DNA of 64,000 nucleotides from Macrostomum hystrix (lineage: Eukaryota; Animalia; Platyhelminthes): contig CATNEN010000038.1 of the NCBI GenBank assembly GCA_950097015.1, positions 930,001 through 994,000 on the forward strand. Reading direction: 5' to 3'. Shown here one piece after another: positions 59,401-64,000 of this stretch. The position numbers and the translations under genes were made by a program. The notes under the pieces were generated by a model. The model was not told where the DNA came from and searched no databases. It worked only from the letters and a program-made list of their open reading frames with translations. Positions within the stretch are counted from its first letter, which is position 1; each line of letters starts with the position of its first letter.

Positions 59401-62231
59401 TAATTCTCGCACCTGAGCACCTGACTTCCTAAAACCTGTCTATTGTAATTAGGACAATACGCTTATCATATTTATCAGTAAGTTAAGGTAAAATTGTGAT
59501 GTCAATAATATCAATAGCTTTTCTACTTCCATGTTTAAAAACGATTTTGAATAGAATACATTTTTAATCAACCAAATCATTCGCGCTGCCACTCAGTCTG
59601 CAACTGCCACCCCCTGGGATCACGAACCAACATCTGCGACGGCAGCAGCGGTCGCTGCAACTGCAAGGATGGCGTCAGCGGCGATAAATGCGACAGGTGC
59701 ATGAGCGGCTATGAGCAGACTAATGACCCAGCTGTACCCTGCCGACGCATAGGTGAGACTGGGGATATAGATTGCCAGCTGAGGGGATAATTTACTAACC
59801 GAGGGAATAATTTACTAACTGAGGGGATCATTGGCTAGCTAAGGGGATCATTGGCTAGCTAAGGGGATCATTGGCTAGCTGAATGGATCATTGGCTAACT
59901 GAGGGGATCATTGGCTAACTGAGGGGATCCTTGGCTAGCTGAATGGATCATTGGCTAACTGAGGGGATCATTGGCTAACTGAGGGGATCCTTGGCTAGCT
60001 GAATGGATCATTGGCTAACTGAGGGGATCTTTGGCTAACTGAGGGGATCATTGGCTAATTGAGGGGATCATTGGCTAACTGAGGTGGTCATTGGCTAACT
60101 GAGGGGATCATTGGCTAACTGAGGGGATCATTGGCTAGCTAAGGGGATCATTGGCTAGCTAAGGGGATCATTGGCTAACTGAGGGGATCATTGGCTAACT
60201 GAGGGGATCATTGGCTAATTGAGGGGATCATTGGCTAATTGAGGGGATCATTGGCTAACTGAGGTAGTCATTGGCTAACTGAGGTAGTCATTGGCTAACT
60301 GAGGGGATCATTGGCTAACTGAGGGGATCATTGGCTAACTGAGGGGATCATTGGCTAACTGAGGGGATCATTTAATAACTGAATCCGCGCATCAGCAACT
60401 CAGCTTAACAAATCCTAACAACTGTTCCAGGTGAGATCTGGCGCCCGCAACCGCCGCCTCCTCCGCCCCGTCCGCCGCCGCCGCAGCCGCCGCAGCCGCG
60501 CCCGAAGCCGAGGCCCGACCCGTCGTCGACTTCATCCGGATCGCGTGGTGGCGACACACGAGACGACTCAGGTGAGCCGAAAAAAATACAAAAGAATTTG
60601 GGAAATATAGATTCTTGAAACAGTATTCAGTCCATTCAATAGGTGGGGGCAATGCTCCTTGCTGGGTTGTGACACAATCCCATTCATTTGCCTTTTCCTC
60701 GCTTAAGAAATCAGGCCTTTTCTTTGCGCTGATCTAGAGCAACTTCAAAACGCCCTGAAGTGTTTTCCCACTCCGCGGGAGGTCCTTAAATGTCTGGGAT
60801 AATGAATCGCAGTTTCACAATACTTTTCCCTAATTAGCGTGGCATATTTTTATTCGCGAAGATGAAGTGTGCCCGAAGTTGAGAGGGGAGAAACGTCCCA
60901 TCAAACTGCGATTTGAACAGCGATTATGCAAGACGGCGCAACTGATTGAATTGTCGCGGAAAAATGTTCAATATTTCCACATTTTGGGATCGCACACAAT
61001 GGGCCGGCCTCACAATGCTTGGGCCGGCCACTTCTGATGCAGCTCTAAGTGACTCGCGCGGGCTCCCGTGAGGCTCTCCACTCAACTGGAGCCGCTCTCG
61101 CCCTGCGAGCCTTCCGCCTCAGCCCTGTCACTTCCGAGTTGCTGAGGGCCTCTCAAACCTAGCCCCCCATGGGAGGTGGAGGAACGGACAGTGTCATTAA
61201 CCCTTTGAATCCATTCGCAATGATGCGTGTATTCCAACTTGGATTGAACGGCACGAAATCGTGATAACCATTACCCTTAAATCTGGGGTGACAGCTCAGC
61301 CCCACTGTTCAGGTGTGTCGGCCTGCGGCCCATTCAATTAAGGTTCTCCCACAGAAAGGTGTGTTGGGACAGGTTACAAGGCATGTGGCACTGACGGCCC
61401 ACTCGGCCGATAGTAAAGAATGGAATGCCCGGCGTGCCAACACAGAGCGCTGCGGAATGGGAGCAAAGTTGAGGGAATAGGCATCTGGCAAATGTTGAAC
61501 AACTTCTTTTAGCGCCTCCAAGAAGCCCTTCTTTTGTGCGAAGTCGCAGCCTTCAAAATGCGACCTACCTTGTGTGTCTGCGGTGCGCGCGGATGGGCAG
61601 CATCTGTCACGTAGGCTGCGAGGGAGCGAGCTAAAGGAGACAGTTTACCGCCATCCCCCCTAATCGACAATTTTCAGTCTTTCTCGGAAGGACCCTCGCC
61701 GGGCCCCTGAAAGGGTTTGGGGTTTGTTGCAGTTGCTTCCATTAAAAGCTCTCTCTTTTCGGCCGGCCCCTCTAACTCCCGAGTGTGAAGCCACGTGTGT
61801 CCATAACAAATCGGTCCTTTCAATTTGAGGGGCTACAGGAAGGGGAGTTTTTTTCGCGCCGCATTTCAGTATTTCCTGCCGGACCAAAGCACTAGCGCTA
61901 AAATCTGCGGCGCCCGATATCCTGTTTCACTTCGCAGTGAGGTTGGGCGAACATTGTGAAACACATTCCTCACAATGCGCCTTCACTAATTGTCTGACTA
62001 TTAGAAAGCTGCACGTTATGTCCAACACTCGCCTATTGCCCCAGACACAGATTCTGGTAGCCTTCTTGTCTCTCCCACTGCCAGTCAGGCTTTGATCAAA
62101 TTAAAATCTCATTTTCCAACTCTCGCTGTCACTTTCAGATCGCGCCGGCAGCAAGGACAGGAAATGTCCGGCCAAGTGCAAGGCCAATGAGCGAGTGCTC
62201 AGCCAGGTCGACTACTGCCTGCGACAGTGGG
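56433..62231 (+). CDS. netrin: Netrin (UNC-6/netrin-1 family), 3'-incomplete; exons 56433-57480, 58714-58908, 58973-59170, 59597-59752, 60431-60571, 62139-62231
   Basis: Signal peptide; laminin N-terminal domain (CQPQFENLA, ASSTCG, HPASHLTD, KSADYGATW, DWMLATD, GGRCFCNGHASRC); LE repeats; basic linker; start of C345C domain (KCKANERVLSQVDYC); all introns GT-AG phase 1. Confidence 0.93.
57518..57886. repeat. 32-bp tandem repeat in netrin intron 1
   Basis: gggtcaggccttagaaaccgaagatagtca(a/c)t. Confidence 0.93.
59775..60382. repeat. 20-bp tandem repeat filling netrin intron 4
   Basis: gaggggatcattggctaact. Confidence 0.95.
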
Positions 62232-62254
62232 GTGAGTAGCTGAGGCAGGTCTTA

Positions 62255-62797
62255 AAGAGATGAGGCCGGGCAGGGATGAGGCAGGGGAGAGATGAGGCAG
62301 GAGAGAGATGGGACACGGGAGAGATGAGGCAGGGGAGATATGAGGCAGGTGAGAGATGAAGCAGGGGAGAGATGAGACAGGGGAGAGATGAGACAGGGGA
62401 GAGATGAGACAGGGGAGAGATGAGACAGGGGAGAGATGAGGCAGGGGAGAGATGAGACAGGGGAGAGATGAGGCAGGAGAGAGATGGGACACGGGAGAGA
62501 TGAGACAGGGGAGAGATGAGGCAGGGGAGAGATGAAGCAGGGGAGAGATGAGACAGGGGAGAGATGAGACAGGGGAGAGATGAGACAGGGGAGAGATGAG
62601 GCAGGGGAGAGATGAGACAGGGGAGAGATGAGACAGAGGAGAGATGAGAAATGGGAGAGATGAGACAGGGGAGAGATGAGGCAGGGGTGAGATGAGGCAT
62701 GGCAGAGATGAGACATGGAGAGAGATGAGGCATGGCAGAGATGAGACATGGAGAGAGATGAGGCATGGCAGCGATGAGGCATGGCAGAGATGAGGCA
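62255..62797. repeat. ~16-bp purine-rich minisatellite in netrin intron 6
   Basis: gag(a/g)caggggagagat. Confidence 0.93.
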
Positions 62798-63467
62798 GTG
62801 CAGAATGATCAAGCCATGGGTGATTTGGCGGCAAGAAGAGGTGTTTGAAGGATCAAGCCATGGTTTGGGAGCATTTTATGCTCGTATGCTGTGGGTTGCC
62901 GACCCTGCCAAAGGCGAAAAAAAGGTATTTTTCAGTCGTGGATTCTATCTCGAGACCGTCCTATCTAGACAGTAGACTTATTCCCTCTTTTCTACTTCGG
63001 CTTACGAAATGCAAACAGAAATGCAGGAGTGGGAGAGCACTAAATTAAGAAAAGTGCGAGCTCAGTCAATCATAGGAAAATTCGGTGTTAAAGGGGAAAG
63101 GAAAGTCTTGTCCCATCCGAATCGAACAGATCGATAATTTGTTCCCAAACTCTAGACGGAACGGGGGGAACTGGCCAGAAGCAAACGGAATAAAATCTGC
63201 AGACAAAGTTGCTGTTGTTTTTGCACTGCTGGCTGAAAAATTATGAAAGAATTTCTGAGAAAGAAAAATCAGACTCAGCACTCAAAACTGCCTCTTCGCG
63301 ACCGGATCAGGCGCCTGAGAACACGCGAGAGAGAAAATTGGAGCAAACTGCTGCTAACCAAAGAAGGACCTGAAGAGAAATGCAGGTCGCCGGTCTTCGC
63401 AGCCCTATATCCAAGTTCTCATTTTCCCGAAAATCCCTTCATTTCATCTCCCAAAGCCTCTTTCCTT

Positions 63468-64000
63468 TCCCTTCATCTCACTGAAATCTCCTCCCTTCAT
63501 CTCACTAAAATGTCTTCCCTTCATCTCATTAAAATCTCCTCCCTTCATCTCACTAAAATGTCTTCCCTTCATCTCATTAAAATCTCCTCCCTTCATCTCA
63601 CTAAAATCTCCTCCCTTCATCTCACTAAAATCTCCTCCCTTCATCTCACTAAAATCTCCTCCCTTCATCTCACTAAAATGTCTTCCCTTCATCTCACTGA
63701 AATCTCCTCCCTTCATCTCACTAAAATGTCTTCCCTTCATCTCATTAAAATCTCCTCCCTTCATCTCACTAAAATATCTTCCCTTCATCTCACTAAAATG
63801 TCTTCCCTTCATCTCACTAAAATGTCTTCCCTTCATCTCACTAAAATGTCTTCCCTTCATCTCACTAAAATGCCTTCCCTTCATCTGACTAAAATGTCTT
63901 CCCTTCATCTCACTAAAATATCTTCCCTTCATCTCACTAAAATCTTCTCCCTTCATCTCAGTAAAATCTCCTCCCTTCATTTCACTAAAATGTCTTCCCT
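63468..64000. repeat. 24-bp tandem repeat running off the window end
   Basis: cccttcatctcactaaaatgtctt / cccttcatctcactaaaatctcct. Confidence 0.95.

Noticed and set aside
62199-63980. ORFs of 178-211 aa on the minus strand
   Set aside because: Translations of 16-bp and 24-bp minisatellites in a netrin intron

Overview
Eukaryotic (metazoan) genomic DNA with spliceosomal introns, GC-rich exons and abundant minisatellites. The style resembles the flatworm Macrostomum, but this is an unverified inference. Host genes recognised by manual translation and splicing: 3' exons of a CLIC chloride channel, a disrupted SAM-methyltransferase-like gene, two convergent intronless ecdysteroid/choline-kinase-like (EcKL) paralogues, a Methuselah-like 7TM receptor, a large Ser/Ala-rich ORF, cyclin Q (FAM58A), a divergent short-loop presenilin, a MARVEL-domain protein, and a netrin with four LE repeats instead of the usual three. 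The dominant structural feature is an 8.8 kb foldback at 37135-45972. It consists of two ~99% identical non-autonomous Helitrons (TC...CTAG, Pif1 helicase only, shared frameshift, each with the same nested hAT MITE) in convergent orientation around a 3.2 kb spacer holding three further inverted-repeat elements. It lies between the head-to-head cyclin Q and presenilin genes. Also present: two tRNA-derived SINE families, a MULE-type MITE, a Gypsy integrase relic and about a dozen tandem arrays, many starting right at splice sites or stop codons. All family calls come from motif recognition by eye; no searches were run.
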